This document shows, in pieces, positions 45,426-55,275 of a DNA stretch of 64,000 nucleotides; position 1 is the stretch's first letter, and every line of letters begins with the position of its first letter. The stretch lies in IMG/VR virus record IMGVR_UViG_3300044796_000394; one strand, given 5' to 3'. Source of the DNA: a virus (Duplodnaviria > Heunggongvirae > Uroviricota > Caudoviricetes). Position numbers and translations under genes: made by a program. The notes under the pieces were generated by a model. The model worked only from the letters and a program-made list of their open reading frames with translations. It had not been told where the DNA came from and did no database searches.

Positions 45426-46001
45426 TTAATCAAGGAGAAGTCGGACGCCTTCAAGCGGGTTCTCGTTCAATTTCTTTTTCTTCTTGTCTTTTGCGTCTTC
45501 TTCATTTAGTTTGTCGTTACGCATAACGAATTCAACTTGTCCCTCTGTAGTAATGAGTGGGGGTTGTTCAGTAATCAATTTTTCTTCCATAGCCTTTACC
45601 TCGCTCACGAGTAAGAGTTGACCGGTTTGAATCATTGGCAAATATTGGGCGTTACCGGTAAATTCACCACCCACAGGAATCGCCTTGCCATCATTAAGGT
45701 ATAGATTGTCTAAAGTGCGATTCTTGAAAACGAAAGTTTGTTCTGTTAGTACTGTTCCATCGTTCTCAGCCAACTTCTTAACAAGGCGAAGTTCCCCGGA
45801 CTGAACTAACTGCATGTAATAATCATCACCAACGAATTGTCCCTTGTGAGGAATATTTCGTACGTTTGAAGCGGTTGGGCGTGGCAATTGATATGAGCCA
45901 GCGGTATTGTTTTGGAATAAGAAACTTCCGGCACCGCTCATGTCGTGATCACGTTTAGCTAATTGTTGAGCTTTGCGAAGTTGCTTTCGTGGGTTCATCA
46001 T
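45426..46001 (-). CDS. late protein with two tandem ~45-aa repeats
   Basis: FxFxNxT...IPxxGxFxG...Y..LVQxGxLxLV twice; TATATA upstream. Confidence 0.7.
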   Translation of the reverse strand: MMNPRKQLRKAQQLAKRDHDMSGAGSFLFQNNTAGSYQLPRPTASNVRNIPHKGQFVGDDYYMQLVQSGELRLVKKLAENDGTVLTEQTFVFKNRTLDNLYLNDGKAIPVGGEFTGNAQYLPMIQTGQLLLVSEVKAMEEKLITEQPPLITTEGQVEFVMRNDKLNEEDAKDKKKKKLNENPLEGVRLLLD

Positions 46002-46077
46002 TCTTTTGGTCTTCTTTCTTGCGTAATATACCTTAATATATAGTTCCTAAACCATTTTTTCAGGAGAGCAGACCACT

Positions 46078-46629
46078 ATGTCGAAAACAACTACCGAACC
46101 GGCCAAATGGCACAAGATTTACCGAGACAATGAAGACAAGTGCTTCTTTGTCGGAAAAGACGGAAAATCCGGCCTTGCCCGCTCCGAGTACGATTGGCGA
46201 ACCACCGATTCACTTTCACGGGAATCTGGGTTAACCAAGCGGGAATGTGAAGAAATCCTCGATTTCTACGCCAAGAAGGGTGTCGTCATCCAACATTCAG
46301 GCGGCGAAAAGTGGGGTTATTGGGAACGAGTCGGTGTACCGAAGTCGGAAACCGATCCGATTGCCAAGGATCACCAAGATCGCACCGACCGTCAAGTTGC
46401 GGTTAACGGTGGCGCCAAGAAACCCACCCTTCCCGGTGGAACCAGCGTTATCGCCGCACCGGCACCCGCCCCCGGAACAGCTCCTGCTCCTGCTCCCGGT
46501 ACTGGTACCACCGGTGCTCCCAAGGCTCCCGCCAAGAAACCCGTAACTGGAACCAGTGGTGGCAATGCGGGAATTGGTGCCCCCATTTCTGCGAAACCCG
46601 CCGTCAAAAAGCCAGTAGCGACTCCTTAA
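46078..46629 (+). CDS. winged-HTH-like protein with Pro/Ala/Lys-rich tail
   Basis: AGGAG SD; WRTTDSLSRESGLTKRECEEILDFYAKKGVV. Confidence 0.6.
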   Translation: MSKTTTEPAKWHKIYRDNEDKCFFVGKDGKSGLARSEYDWRTTDSLSRESGLTKRECEEILDFYAKKGVVIQHSGGEKWGYWERVGVPKSETDPIAKDHQDRTDRQVAVNGGAKKPTLPGGTSVIAAPAPAPGTAPAPAPGTGTTGAPKAPAKKPVTGTSGGNAGIGAPISAKPAVKKPVATP

Positions 46630-46671
46630 TGTTTAATGTTCACAACAGTTATACCAATACTATGTTGAGGT

Positions 46672-48084
46672 ATGACTGTTGTAGACAAAGACATTCCATC
46701 GAATCGCAAATTGCTTGGCCAATTCCTCACGCCCCTCGACGTAGCTCAATTCTGCGTAGATCGTATCGACACCGATGCTGATCTAATCGTAGAACCGAGT
46801 TGCGGCGAGGGTGTGTTTTTGGATCTGCTAAGAAAAAAATTCCCCGAAGCACATATCATTGGCAACGAATTAGATCCCGATCTTATGGCCAATTATCAGG
46901 GCGAAGAGCATATCTTAAATCAAAATTTTTACGATATGAAATCTTTGCCACCTGCACGCAAGGTAGCATTCGTCGGAAATCCACCGTACAGAAGTCCGGC
47001 ACTATCACTCAAAACTCACAACGCATATATGAATATGTTGCGAAATGAGGCCAATATTGGCGGTGTACGTGAAGAAGCTGTGCTGTTCATCCTTCACACA
47101 TTCTATCTGGCCGAGTCTCTTGGATACGACTGTGAAGCACATTACATTTTGCCTCGTGCCATCTTTCAGAACAACTCAAAAGTATTCACAAAGTTCGCAA
47201 ACTTATTGAATGAAAAATTTGGTGTAAGAGCCGTCTACGATCTTGGGAAAACATTCGACTCCGTATCTCGCAATCTGGTTTTTGTTTCAATGACAAAAGG
47301 CCCGAAATCTAAAACCATCAACGTCAATGATGAACCCAGAGAAGATTGGCTAGGTGCCGGAGCCGACATCATACCCTTCCAAAAGATTTTCAAAAAAACG
47401 TATCTCGGTTCCGTTCCATGTGAAAGCATTTTTCTGTCTTGCGCCAATGAATCCAAAGAAGAATTTAAAAATAGACTCGCCCATTTATTTAATACAGAAG
47501 TCAATACCAATAATATCGTAGACCTTTTATCGTACAAGGGCGAACCACATCTAAGGGCACTCAAAAAAAGAAGCGTAGAAAAAGTTAACGTGGTGCTGGA
47601 TTACATCAAAGAAGCCAAGAAACTTGTTGCTCTTGAAGATTTTAGCAATTCGGTGTATTATCAACCGATAAGACACAGACATGAAAACCGCTGGTATTTC
47701 AGGCATAATGCTCTCAAGAAAGCGTCATTCGTTTATCAAATAAACTCAAATCCCTGTCCATCGTTTTCTTTCCCCGGAAATCCTAGTAGTTCTTCCAAGG
47801 ATTACTTTGTTTATTGCGATTACGACATTAACAGAAATAGCGGGCCAGGCGCACAACGTCTTGTACCAATAGAAAATGTAGAAAACAACTTGACTGATTG
47901 GTTCAAAGATTACTGGCAATCCAATACAAAATTGGCCTTGAATTTAGTGATAGATTATTTACAATGGGTAGGTGAGTCGGAGTGGTACAAGACCACCAAG
48001 AAAATGAATGAGCGGTTTTACTTCGGAATCCCCGTTAATTTTTTGAAAGAATTCCATGCCCAGAAAAGTACTCGTAGTGGGTGA
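46672..48084 (+). CDS. N6-adenine DNA methyltransferase (gamma class)
   Basis: LGQFLTP, VEPSCGEGVFL, VGNPPY. Confidence 0.88.
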   Translation: MTVVDKDIPSNRKLLGQFLTPLDVAQFCVDRIDTDADLIVEPSCGEGVFLDLLRKKFPEAHIIGNELDPDLMANYQGEEHILNQNFYDMKSLPPARKVAFVGNPPYRSPALSLKTHNAYMNMLRNEANIGGVREEAVLFILHTFYLAESLGYDCEAHYILPRAIFQNNSKVFTKFANLLNEKFGVRAVYDLGKTFDSVSRNLVFVSMTKGPKSKTINVNDEPREDWLGAGADIIPFQKIFKKTYLGSVPCESIFLSCANESKEEFKNRLAHLFNTEVNTNNIVDLLSYKGEPHLRALKKRSVEKVNVVLDYIKEAKKLVALEDFSNSVYYQPIRHRHENRWYFRHNALKKASFVYQINSNPCPSFSFPGNPSSSSKDYFVYCDYDINRNSGPGAQRLVPIENVENNLTDWFKDYWQSNTKLALNLVIDYLQWVGESEWYKTTKKMNERFYFGIPVNFLKEFHAQKSTRSG

Positions 48085-48694
48085 ACAAGAGAACCAGAGT
48101 TACTACGAGCCGTTTTCCGATTTCGGGGAAGCGGCGTATGATTGTGAAATCCTCTGGACAAATCCTCACTCTATCGCTTTGGTTGTATTTACAGGCGGTG
48201 CTGACGTAAGTCCATCACTGTATGATGAAGAAGCAAATATCGGAACATTCACATCGCCACGGCGTGACATCTTCGAAATGATCGCCTTCACCAAAGCACG
48301 TTCGTATAGCCTGCGAATGGCGGGAATTTGCCGTGGGGCACAATTCTTAAATGTGATGGCAGGCGGGAAGATGATCCAGCACGTTGACAGCCACGGCAAC
48401 TACCACTCAATGACGACCATTGACGGCGAAGAAATGGAAGTCAGCAGCACTCACCACCAAATGATTATCCCACCAAAGCAAGATGCCCTTTTAGTGGGTT
48501 GGTCTTCGGTACGGCGCAGCGGTGTTTACTTGGGTGCCAAAGGCCCAACTGACGTTCCCGAAAAGGAAACCGAAGTTATCTACTTGCCAAAAATCAATGC
48601 GGTCGGGATGCAATATCACCCCGAAAGCATGAGCGTCCACAGCAAGGGTTTCCAATACGCTGCAACGCTAGTCAAGAAGTACCTGTATGATTAA
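48056..48694 (+). CDS. class I glutamine amidotransferase / peptidase C26
   Basis: FTGGADV, GICRGAQ, STHHQ, QYHPE. Confidence 0.9.
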   Translation: MPRKVLVVGEQENQSYYEPFSDFGEAAYDCEILWTNPHSIALVVFTGGADVSPSLYDEEANIGTFTSPRRDIFEMIAFTKARSYSLRMAGICRGAQFLNVMAGGKMIQHVDSHGNYHSMTTIDGEEMEVSSTHHQMIIPPKQDALLVGWSSVRRSGVYLGAKGPTDVPEKETEVIYLPKINAVGMQYHPESMSVHSKGFQYAATLVKKYLYD

Positions 48695-48696
48695 TC

Positions 48697-48725
48697 TTGA
48701 CAAAATGCCGTGTTCATGATATGCT
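48697..48725 (+). promoter_or_regulatory. sigma70-like promoter
   Basis: TTGACA-17nt-TATGCT. Confidence 0.7.
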
Positions 48726-48758
48726 CTGTGAGTGTTTTTACACCATTGGAGAAAAATC

Positions 48759-48899
48759 ATGGCTTCGTTCGGTGACGGTATCAAGTTCGATGCTGGCAAG
48801 GCATCCAATTTGGGATGTTTAGGCTGTTCCGTTATCATCATCTTGGGAATGATGGTGGTCGGACTTACGGGAACTGTCATCTACCTGTTGTGTCGTTAA
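48759..48899 (+). CDS. 46-aa single-TM protein (below ORF-track cutoff)
   Basis: Own promoter, GGAG SD and downstream terminator; MASFGDGIKFDAGKASNLGCLGCSVIIILGMMVVGLTGTVIYLLCR. Confidence 0.65.
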   Translation: MASFGDGIKFDAGKASNLGCLGCSVIIILGMMVVGLTGTVIYLLCR

Positions 48900-48900
48900 C

Positions 48901-48929
48901 AAAAAAAGCCCGGCAATGCCGGGCTTTTT
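48901..48929. terminator. bidirectional intrinsic terminator
   Basis: A7-GCCCGGC-AAT-GCCGGGC-T5. Confidence 0.88.
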
Positions 48930-48932
48930 CGT

Positions 48933-50975
48933 TTAATGTCCAAATCCAAATTTCTTTGGAATCCATTTATTGGTTTTCTTATCATAAGCCCATATGTGTA
49001 ATGGTGGGGCTTTTTCAGTAGGCATCGGTGCCCGCTTAACTTTCTTCGGCTTTTCAGCAGCAGGTTCAGGGTCATCACCGAACAAATTCGTACTCTTAAG
49101 ACTTGCAGGACGCAAAGGCTCTTCCTTGGGTTTAGGTTCGGCCTTCGGCTCTTTGATTTTCTTTGGAGCCGGTGGGGTATGCGCTGCCGTCTGCGTCATA
49201 ACATCAATTGCCTTCTTTGGCACATCCTTCTTGATTTCAGTTGCACCAGAATTACTCTTACGCTTCTCAATAATGCTTTGAGCCATGTGCTGTAGTGCGA
49301 TAGGCATACCCTTGCTTCTGATCTTATCTGGGTTCATTTCACCCAATTTGATAAGCATCTTGCCCAACATTTCAGCCGCCGCATCGAGCTTGGTATCACT
49401 GTACCCAAACTCTTTATCAGCACGCAAATTGGTAACAAGCCAAGACTTGTAAGTTTTCACCATTTCCGGCGTAACGTGAACGTCCGCTGCTTCCGCTTCG
49501 GTTGGAATCTTGAAATCCCGTAACTCTTTTTCAGCATCATCACGATTATCGTCATCACGTTTGTGATCCCGACCAGCCATCGCCGACATATCTGTATCAT
49601 TATTTTTAGAATGTTTGAGATAAGTGCTGATTTCTTGTGTTGCTACCTGTCGTGCTTTGTTAATCCGAAAATCTTGATCGGCATATTCGGCACTACCAAC
49701 AACAGCATCACTGCTTAAGGAGTCCATAGCCGCTTGTTCCAATTGATCCAAGCTATCGCCCAATGGCTGATTGGTTTGGCCTTGCATAAATCTCAAAGCG
49801 ATTTTGGCACCGGCGTTGGCATCGTGTTGAAGGATCGACATCCAATCCATCGAAGGGTCCATATTCTTCTTGAAACGAGAACTCGCCTTATTGAGTGATG
49901 GTACATTTTCAGGATCGCTAAGGTGTTTGTTTTGACCATCAATCCACTTCTGGATTAAATCAAACTTATGACCAGCAACCTTCTTCGCCGTATCCACAGT
50001 ACTACCAGCCTTGAACCCCGGATGATAAGTACCACGTTCCATCCAACGCATCGCTGAGACACGGGGTAATGGGTTGTCGTAGAAGTTAACACCCTTGTCT
50101 TTCAAATCTTCAAGTCTTTGTTTCAATGCTTCAATGTGAACGGGAATCGGAATTGTTCGGCCTCCACCAACCTCCCAATCCATCACTTCACCAGCCTTAT
50201 GACCCTTAGAAGGCATCATAGCCTTGGGATCATTAACCAAGTGACCGCTATACCGTCTCATGAAAGCAGGAACCAAAACCCTCTTCAATTCATCAGGCGA
50301 TAATTGGCTTTTGAAAGCTTGAATAAATTCGTGATCGTTCTCATCGAGATAAATTGGTTCTTTGACCTTAACACCGCCACGGTGATCTTCGGCATTACTT
50401 GATCCAAAACCGCCAACGTGAGTTACGAATGGTTTCCGTCCACCAGATGTAGCTGTAAGGTTCGGCTTGTAATCCTTCAAAGCATAAGCCTGTGAAAGTT
50501 CAGGAACCTTATCACTGTCGTGGAAATAGGAATTGCCCAACCACTCTTTGGCAGTACGAGTGGAAGAATCACGAGTCAAGTTAATCTTGGCAGGATCATA
50601 TCCCAAATCTTCAAGCTTCTGTAAAAGTTGCTTAGAGTGCGTATCAACCTCTAAATCAAAGCGGATTGGAATAAAATCTTTTTTGCCTTTGGTTTTTTCA
50701 AATTGCGTTTGAATGGAAATGTTTCTTTTGGATGGATCTGGTTTTTGAAGAACCTTCTCACTGTACCGATAAGCAACGGCTTTCGCCAATACCACGCCCA
50801 ATAAACGCCGCATTTCTTCGCCGCTATATTTGTCACCGTAATTTTGTGTTACGTAATCGGCAATCGGTTTTAGGTAAGCAGTATCCGCATCATCGAAGTA
50901 AATTTCCTTGCCGAATGGAACGGCGGGCATTTCGACGAGCAGTCTGTGCTCAAAATATTTTTTGAAATTCATCAT
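48933..50975 (-). CDS. large putative internal head protein
   Basis: Leader MMNFKKYFEHRLLVE; internal repeat IYFDDADTAYL / IYLDENDHEFI; TATATA upstream. Confidence 0.7.
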   Translation of the reverse strand: MMNFKKYFEHRLLVEMPAVPFGKEIYFDDADTAYLKPIADYVTQNYGDKYSGEEMRRLLGVVLAKAVAYRYSEKVLQKPDPSKRNISIQTQFEKTKGKKDFIPIRFDLEVDTHSKQLLQKLEDLGYDPAKINLTRDSSTRTAKEWLGNSYFHDSDKVPELSQAYALKDYKPNLTATSGGRKPFVTHVGGFGSSNAEDHRGGVKVKEPIYLDENDHEFIQAFKSQLSPDELKRVLVPAFMRRYSGHLVNDPKAMMPSKGHKAGEVMDWEVGGGRTIPIPVHIEALKQRLEDLKDKGVNFYDNPLPRVSAMRWMERGTYHPGFKAGSTVDTAKKVAGHKFDLIQKWIDGQNKHLSDPENVPSLNKASSRFKKNMDPSMDWMSILQHDANAGAKIALRFMQGQTNQPLGDSLDQLEQAAMDSLSSDAVVGSAEYADQDFRINKARQVATQEISTYLKHSKNNDTDMSAMAGRDHKRDDDNRDDAEKELRDFKIPTEAEAADVHVTPEMVKTYKSWLVTNLRADKEFGYSDTKLDAAAEMLGKMLIKLGEMNPDKIRSKGMPIALQHMAQSIIEKRKSNSGATEIKKDVPKKAIDVMTQTAAHTPPAPKKIKEPKAEPKPKEEPLRPASLKSTNLFGDDPEPAAEKPKKVKRAPMPTEKAPPLHIWAYDKKTNKWIPKKFGFGH

Positions 50976-51002
50976 GGCCTCTCTCATTATATATTATCTA
51001 TC

Positions 51003-51920
51003 ATGGATTTCATGGGTTCTAAAAAAAGACTTGTTGCCGAAATCGAAAAGTACGTCATCGGAACAACTGTTTTGGATGCTTGTTGCGGTTCCGGCGCTGT
51101 ATCGCAACATCTCGCCAAGTTGGGCAAACACGTAATTGCCTCTGATTTATTACATTTTCCCGGTACCATTGTCAGAGGCTCCATAGGGTTAACCGACTCA
51201 CAAAAAAAATCTGCCGACCAATTTATTGAGTACGCAAATACCCTCAAAGGTAAACAGGGATTTTTCTACAACAACTACAGCAACGAAAGAACTTACTTCC
51301 TTCCCCACAATGCAGCCTTCTTAGATCATATCCGTGAAGAAATCGAAAACGTATCCGACTCCAAACTTAAGGATTATCTATTGTATTGCGGCTTAGAAGC
51401 AATGAGTCGTGTACAAAATGTTTGCGGCATGCAAGCGTGCTTCCTCAAACACTTCAAACGAACAGCGAAATTAACTATATTTTTACGGGAAGAACCGATC
51501 TATTCAGGACAAGCCGAGTTCATCAGACAAAACGCTATACAAACCGTACAAGAAAGAAAATTTGATACTGTTTACATAGACCCGCCGTATACCGAAAGAC
51601 AATACGGAAAGACCTATCATCTGTACGAAACTTTTATACGGAATGATAACCCTGAAATCTTCGGCAAAACAGGACAACGAAAAACTCTTGAAGAACCGAG
51701 TGAATTCTGTCAGATTTACAAATACGAACAAGCCTTTGTTAACTTCGTTGCCAATTGTTCGGGACGGGTGATTATCAGCTATAACTCCGAAGGAAACATG
51801 AAGAAAGAAAGGTTCGTAGAGTTATTTTCGCCCAAAGTGATTGAAATGCCGCTTCCAAAGTACAATTCTCACGGTAAGTCAGGGATAGTTTCGGAATATC
51901 TTTTCGTGATTGATAAATAA
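51003..51920 (+). CDS. D12-class N6-adenine DNA methyltransferase
   Basis: FMGSKKRL, VLDACCGSGAVS, VYIDPPY, ISYN. Confidence 0.9.
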   Translation: MDFMGSKKRLVAEIEKYVIGTTVLDACCGSGAVSQHLAKLGKHVIASDLLHFPGTIVRGSIGLTDSQKKSADQFIEYANTLKGKQGFFYNNYSNERTYFLPHNAAFLDHIREEIENVSDSKLKDYLLYCGLEAMSRVQNVCGMQACFLKHFKRTAKLTIFLREEPIYSGQAEFIRQNAIQTVQERKFDTVYIDPPYTERQYGKTYHLYETFIRNDNPEIFGKTGQRKTLEEPSEFCQIYKYEQAFVNFVANCSGRVIISYNSEGNMKKERFVELFSPKVIEMPLPKYNSHGKSGIVSEYLFVIDK

Positions 51921-51923
51921 GAT

Positions 51924-52814
51924 ATGCCCAACTGCTTCGCAAATACCCTGCTCATTAGCCGCCCCACCCAAAACGGTCGTGGAACGTGCGGCCCATCATG
52001 TGGTGTCAACGGTGGAGGTGATTGTAACACCCCCGGCCTCAGCCCACGCCGCAAACGAGATGCCGTTATCGATGAACTTAAGGACTACGTCTTGCTTATG
52101 CTCGGCGGGCCTGTCATCGGCATAGAACTGGACGATCAGCAACTTGATATGGCCGTCAAGCAAACGCTCAAGATTATGGAATACTTTGCCCCACGGGAAT
52201 ATTTCACCTATTATACATTCAGTACAACCCCCGGCCAAAGTGTTTATGAGATGCCTCCCGATGTCGGATACGTCCGCCACGTGGCCTACCGTGAAACTAC
52301 CGAATACGGCTTTCAAGCAGAAGATTTAGGCGGTTCTATCCCCCTTGAGTACTTCTATCCGGGTGGTTCGGGAGGCGGCAGTGGTGGTCTTGGCGGATTC
52401 ATGAACCCAATTCAACCATTATGGGGCAGCGCCGGTGAATGGGTGTTGTACAAAAACTACGAAAGAATGTATACTCGTTTGAGTAGCTCGCTTGGCGGTT
52501 GGGAATGGGTTAACGGATATAGACACATTAAACTCTATCCAATTCCTTTCCGTCCAACCCGTGTTATTGTTCACTACATGCAGAAATGTAAGGATTGGGA
52601 AGACATCACTCTGGCGATGAATGAGGGTGCGTTGGCCCATGCGAAGATGATGCTTGGATTAATTCGTCGTAAATATACCAATCCGCCCGGCCCCGGTGGT
52701 GGCATTCAATTGGACGGCGCTCAAATGTACCAAGAAGGCAAAGAAGAATACGAAAAATGGAAAGAAGAATTGATTTACAAATGGGGTGACATCCTCCCCA
52801 TTTCTCTTGGATAG
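51924..52814 (+). CDS. gp13: neck protein, T4 gp13-like
   Basis: LKDYVLLMLGGPVIGIELDDQQL; RRKY...GPGGGIQLDGAQMYQEG. Confidence 0.88.
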   Translation: MPNCFANTLLISRPTQNGRGTCGPSCGVNGGGDCNTPGLSPRRKRDAVIDELKDYVLLMLGGPVIGIELDDQQLDMAVKQTLKIMEYFAPREYFTYYTFSTTPGQSVYEMPPDVGYVRHVAYRETTEYGFQAEDLGGSIPLEYFYPGGSGGGSGGLGGFMNPIQPLWGSAGEWVLYKNYERMYTRLSSSLGGWEWVNGYRHIKLYPIPFRPTRVIVHYMQKCKDWEDITLAMNEGALAHAKMMLGLIRRKYTNPPGPGGGIQLDGAQMYQEGKEEYEKWKEELIYKWGDILPISLG

Positions 52815-52836
52815 TGCTGCCTGTAATCTTGGGTTG

Positions 52837-52878
52837 AAAAATCTCCTTATACACTATAATGGTTGTAAGGAGATTTTT
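52837..52878 (+). promoter_or_regulatory. RBS-sequestering hairpin with TATAAT in its loop
   Basis: AAAAATCTCCTTATA pairs with TGTAAGGAGATTTTT, covering the AAGGAG SD of the HNH gene. Confidence 0.75.
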
Positions 52879-52880
52879 TT

Positions 52881-53645
52881 ATGAAACGAACACAAAAAGA
52901 AGTTGAAGGTTATTTTGAATCACAAGGCTGCAAGCTATTGGATGAATATACCGGTTGTATGAAGCCCATGAAATACCAATGTAAGTGTGAGAGAGAAGAT
53001 TATAAATCTTGGAATAAATTCAAAGATAGAGGACACAGATGTGGCTATTGTCATGAAACCGGCAGAAAGAAAAAGTTAACTTTTGAAGAAGCTAAAAAAG
53101 AATTCGATGATAGAGGATTTGAATTAATTGAAACAGAATACAAGAATGTCAGCTATCCAATGTCATATCGATGCAAATGTGGAAATATCTCACGTATTTG
53201 TATAACAAGTTTGCGAAATAACGCCTCATGCTATGAATGTGGTCTTAATAAAAACAAAAAAGAAAATCATCATATGTGGATTGAAGATAGATCGCAAAAA
53301 GCAGAATACGATCTTATCAAAAAGAAATGTTATAAAGCTTTAAGAAAAAGTCTCAAAGCAGTATGTCGCTACAAGACATCTCGTACTGAATACATGTTGG
53401 GATATTCACCCAAACAGCTTCAAGAACATTTAAAGAGCCACCCCAATTGGCAAAGTGTGAAAAATGGCAAATGGCATTTAGATCATATATTTCCAATTAA
53501 TGCCTTTAAGGAGCATGGAATTGATGATTTGAAAATCATTAACTGTTTGGAAAACCTTCAACCGATGGAAGGAAGAGCGAATATTAGCAAAGGCAGGAAA
53601 TATAATGAGAAAGAGTTCTTGGATTGGCTAAATAAGAAACAATGA
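52881..53645 (+). CDS. free-standing HNH homing endonuclease
   Basis: Two N-terminal YxCKC...CxxC repeats; WHLDHIFP...LENLQPM...NISKG; AT-rich. Confidence 0.88.
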   Translation: MKRTQKEVEGYFESQGCKLLDEYTGCMKPMKYQCKCEREDYKSWNKFKDRGHRCGYCHETGRKKKLTFEEAKKEFDDRGFELIETEYKNVSYPMSYRCKCGNISRICITSLRNNASCYECGLNKNKKENHHMWIEDRSQKAEYDLIKKKCYKALRKSLKAVCRYKTSRTEYMLGYSPKQLQEHLKSHPNWQSVKNGKWHLDHIFPINAFKEHGIDDLKIINCLENLQPMEGRANISKGRKYNEKEFLDWLNKKQ

Positions 53646-54409
53646 GTGAATATTGGATTCAAGATGGCGGCGACGTAGATTATGCCGATGGTGACATAGG
53701 TGATATGAACCATGAAGCCATCGTCATTCGTACCGTACAAGGCAGAATAATCGATACGGCATCATCAAAGTATCATTTGAGAAATAATCATGGCGGGTAT
53801 TTTGATGCCGACTCCCAATGGGACGAATTTCAAAATGCCTTAGCAATGGAATTCGCCAAGGAAATGATTGAAGCTAAGCCAGCCAATCAAAAAAAGATAG
53901 AAAAATCGGTTCATTACGATCCTGAGCCGTTTTTCAAGGCAGCATTAAAGCAATGCGGTGTCAAACAACCAGAATACGATGTCGCAAACGGCGTTGGCGA
54001 TGCTCGTGATTACGCTATGGAACGTTGGGGATGGAAAACCTATCGTAACGGCAACGTTGATACTTGGCGACTGACTCGTAAAGACATGCAGGATATTATC
54101 AAAGGATTAGATGCCATTTCAGACGCAGATGGTTGGTCAGAGAAAAAATTTAAAAAGTATCGTTTCACAATTAACGTGTTTTCAACCAAAAAGCACTTCT
54201 ATCTAACAGTAGAACAAATGGAAAAATGGATCAGTAATCCAACTGCTACGATTGCCCAAGATAGTGCTACCGACATTTATGGAGCAAATCAAGATTTAGC
54301 CAAAAGTCTGATGCATCCTCATTACCACAATCGGCCCGGTGTTAATCCTTTTGGCGATAGCGTGCTATATTCTTTTAAGGCGTTTTTAGAGAGCATCAAT
54401 GGAAAATAA
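53642..54409 (+). CDS. late protein with C-terminal CTS-like motif
   Basis: TAAATA 7 nt upstream; EYWI..GG...ADGD...NHE; ends YSFKAFLES. Confidence 0.65.
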   Translation: MSEYWIQDGGDVDYADGDIGDMNHEAIVIRTVQGRIIDTASSKYHLRNNHGGYFDADSQWDEFQNALAMEFAKEMIEAKPANQKKIEKSVHYDPEPFFKAALKQCGVKQPEYDVANGVGDARDYAMERWGWKTYRNGNVDTWRLTRKDMQDIIKGLDAISDADGWSEKKFKKYRFTINVFSTKKHFYLTVEQMEKWISNPTATIAQDSATDIYGANQDLAKSLMHPHYHNRPGVNPFGDSVLYSFKAFLESINGK

Positions 54410-54926
54410 AAAATTTGAAGAGTGGATGAAAGAGAAAGAACCGGATCTTTTAGAAGATTCGGGTCGTTACAGCGTAGAAGTTAACTACCGAACCAGCTAT
54501 TCAGAAGTCATTGACAACTACGCCCGCTTGACTCTGGGATACGTTTCAGCCGGATTAAAGAACGTCGGCTACCACGTACGCAATCTCTACACCGAAAAAC
54601 CCTACCGCATCCTCGTCAGCACCCGCAATTGGGATGATGGCGAATGGGTAGGTGTACTCTTATTCAATAGCCAAGAAAAGGTATTTGTAATTGCCAAAGG
54701 TCATTACAACAAAGACCGAAAAACTGTTTCAATTCAATCATCGCATAAAGCACAGGGAAATACGCCAGCGGAATTGACAAAGGAAATGCGGAACTTGACC
54801 GAGAAATTGAAGAAAGAAAATCCGAGAGGCAGTAACACTCTGGAGCCAGCACCGATGAAGCGTGGGCCGAAACCGAAGTTCATGCAGAAGATCAACAAAA
54901 TCCAAGGGCCATTCAAGCCTTATTAA
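54399..54926 (+). CDS. putative internal head protein
   Basis: Leader MENKKFEEWMKE...LLE. Confidence 0.65.
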   Translation: MENKKFEEWMKEKEPDLLEDSGRYSVEVNYRTSYSEVIDNYARLTLGYVSAGLKNVGYHVRNLYTEKPYRILVSTRNWDDGEWVGVLLFNSQEKVFVIAKGHYNKDRKTVSIQSSHKAQGNTPAELTKEMRNLTEKLKKENPRGSNTLEPAPMKRGPKPKFMQKINKIQGPFKPY

Positions 54927-54982
54927 ATATTTTATGTATCCCCCGGATATATACATTAGGCTTATCCAGAGGAGAGAACATA

Positions 54983-55237
54983 ATGAACACACTTAAAGAA
55001 ATGCGAGAAAAAATTCTCGATGAAATGGAGAATATTCCACGACGACCACAAGAAACTCAAAGTCCATTAAGAGAACTTTATTGGTCAAAGATGATGCACA
55101 ATCGTGGAAAAAATGGGGCCAATCTGTCTCATTTTGAAATTTTCAAAGAATGCTTAACTGAATTACAAGCACGGTATCCAAACTTAAATTTTAAATACAA
55201 TACAGACTTTTTTAACCATCCGGGGAATAGATATTAA
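54983..55237 (+). CDS. hypothetical protein
   Basis: GAGGAG SD. Confidence 0.65.
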   Translation: MNTLKEMREKILDEMENIPRRPQETQSPLRELYWSKMMHNRGKNGANLSHFEIFKECLTELQARYPNLNFKYNTDFFNHPGNRY

Positions 55238-55275
55238 AAGAAGCAAGCCTTCAATTGAAGGCTTGCCAAATGATA

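Noticed and set aside
46672-48694. Restriction-modification operon
   Set aside because: The overlapping downstream gene is a glutamine amidotransferase, and no nuclease motif was recognised.
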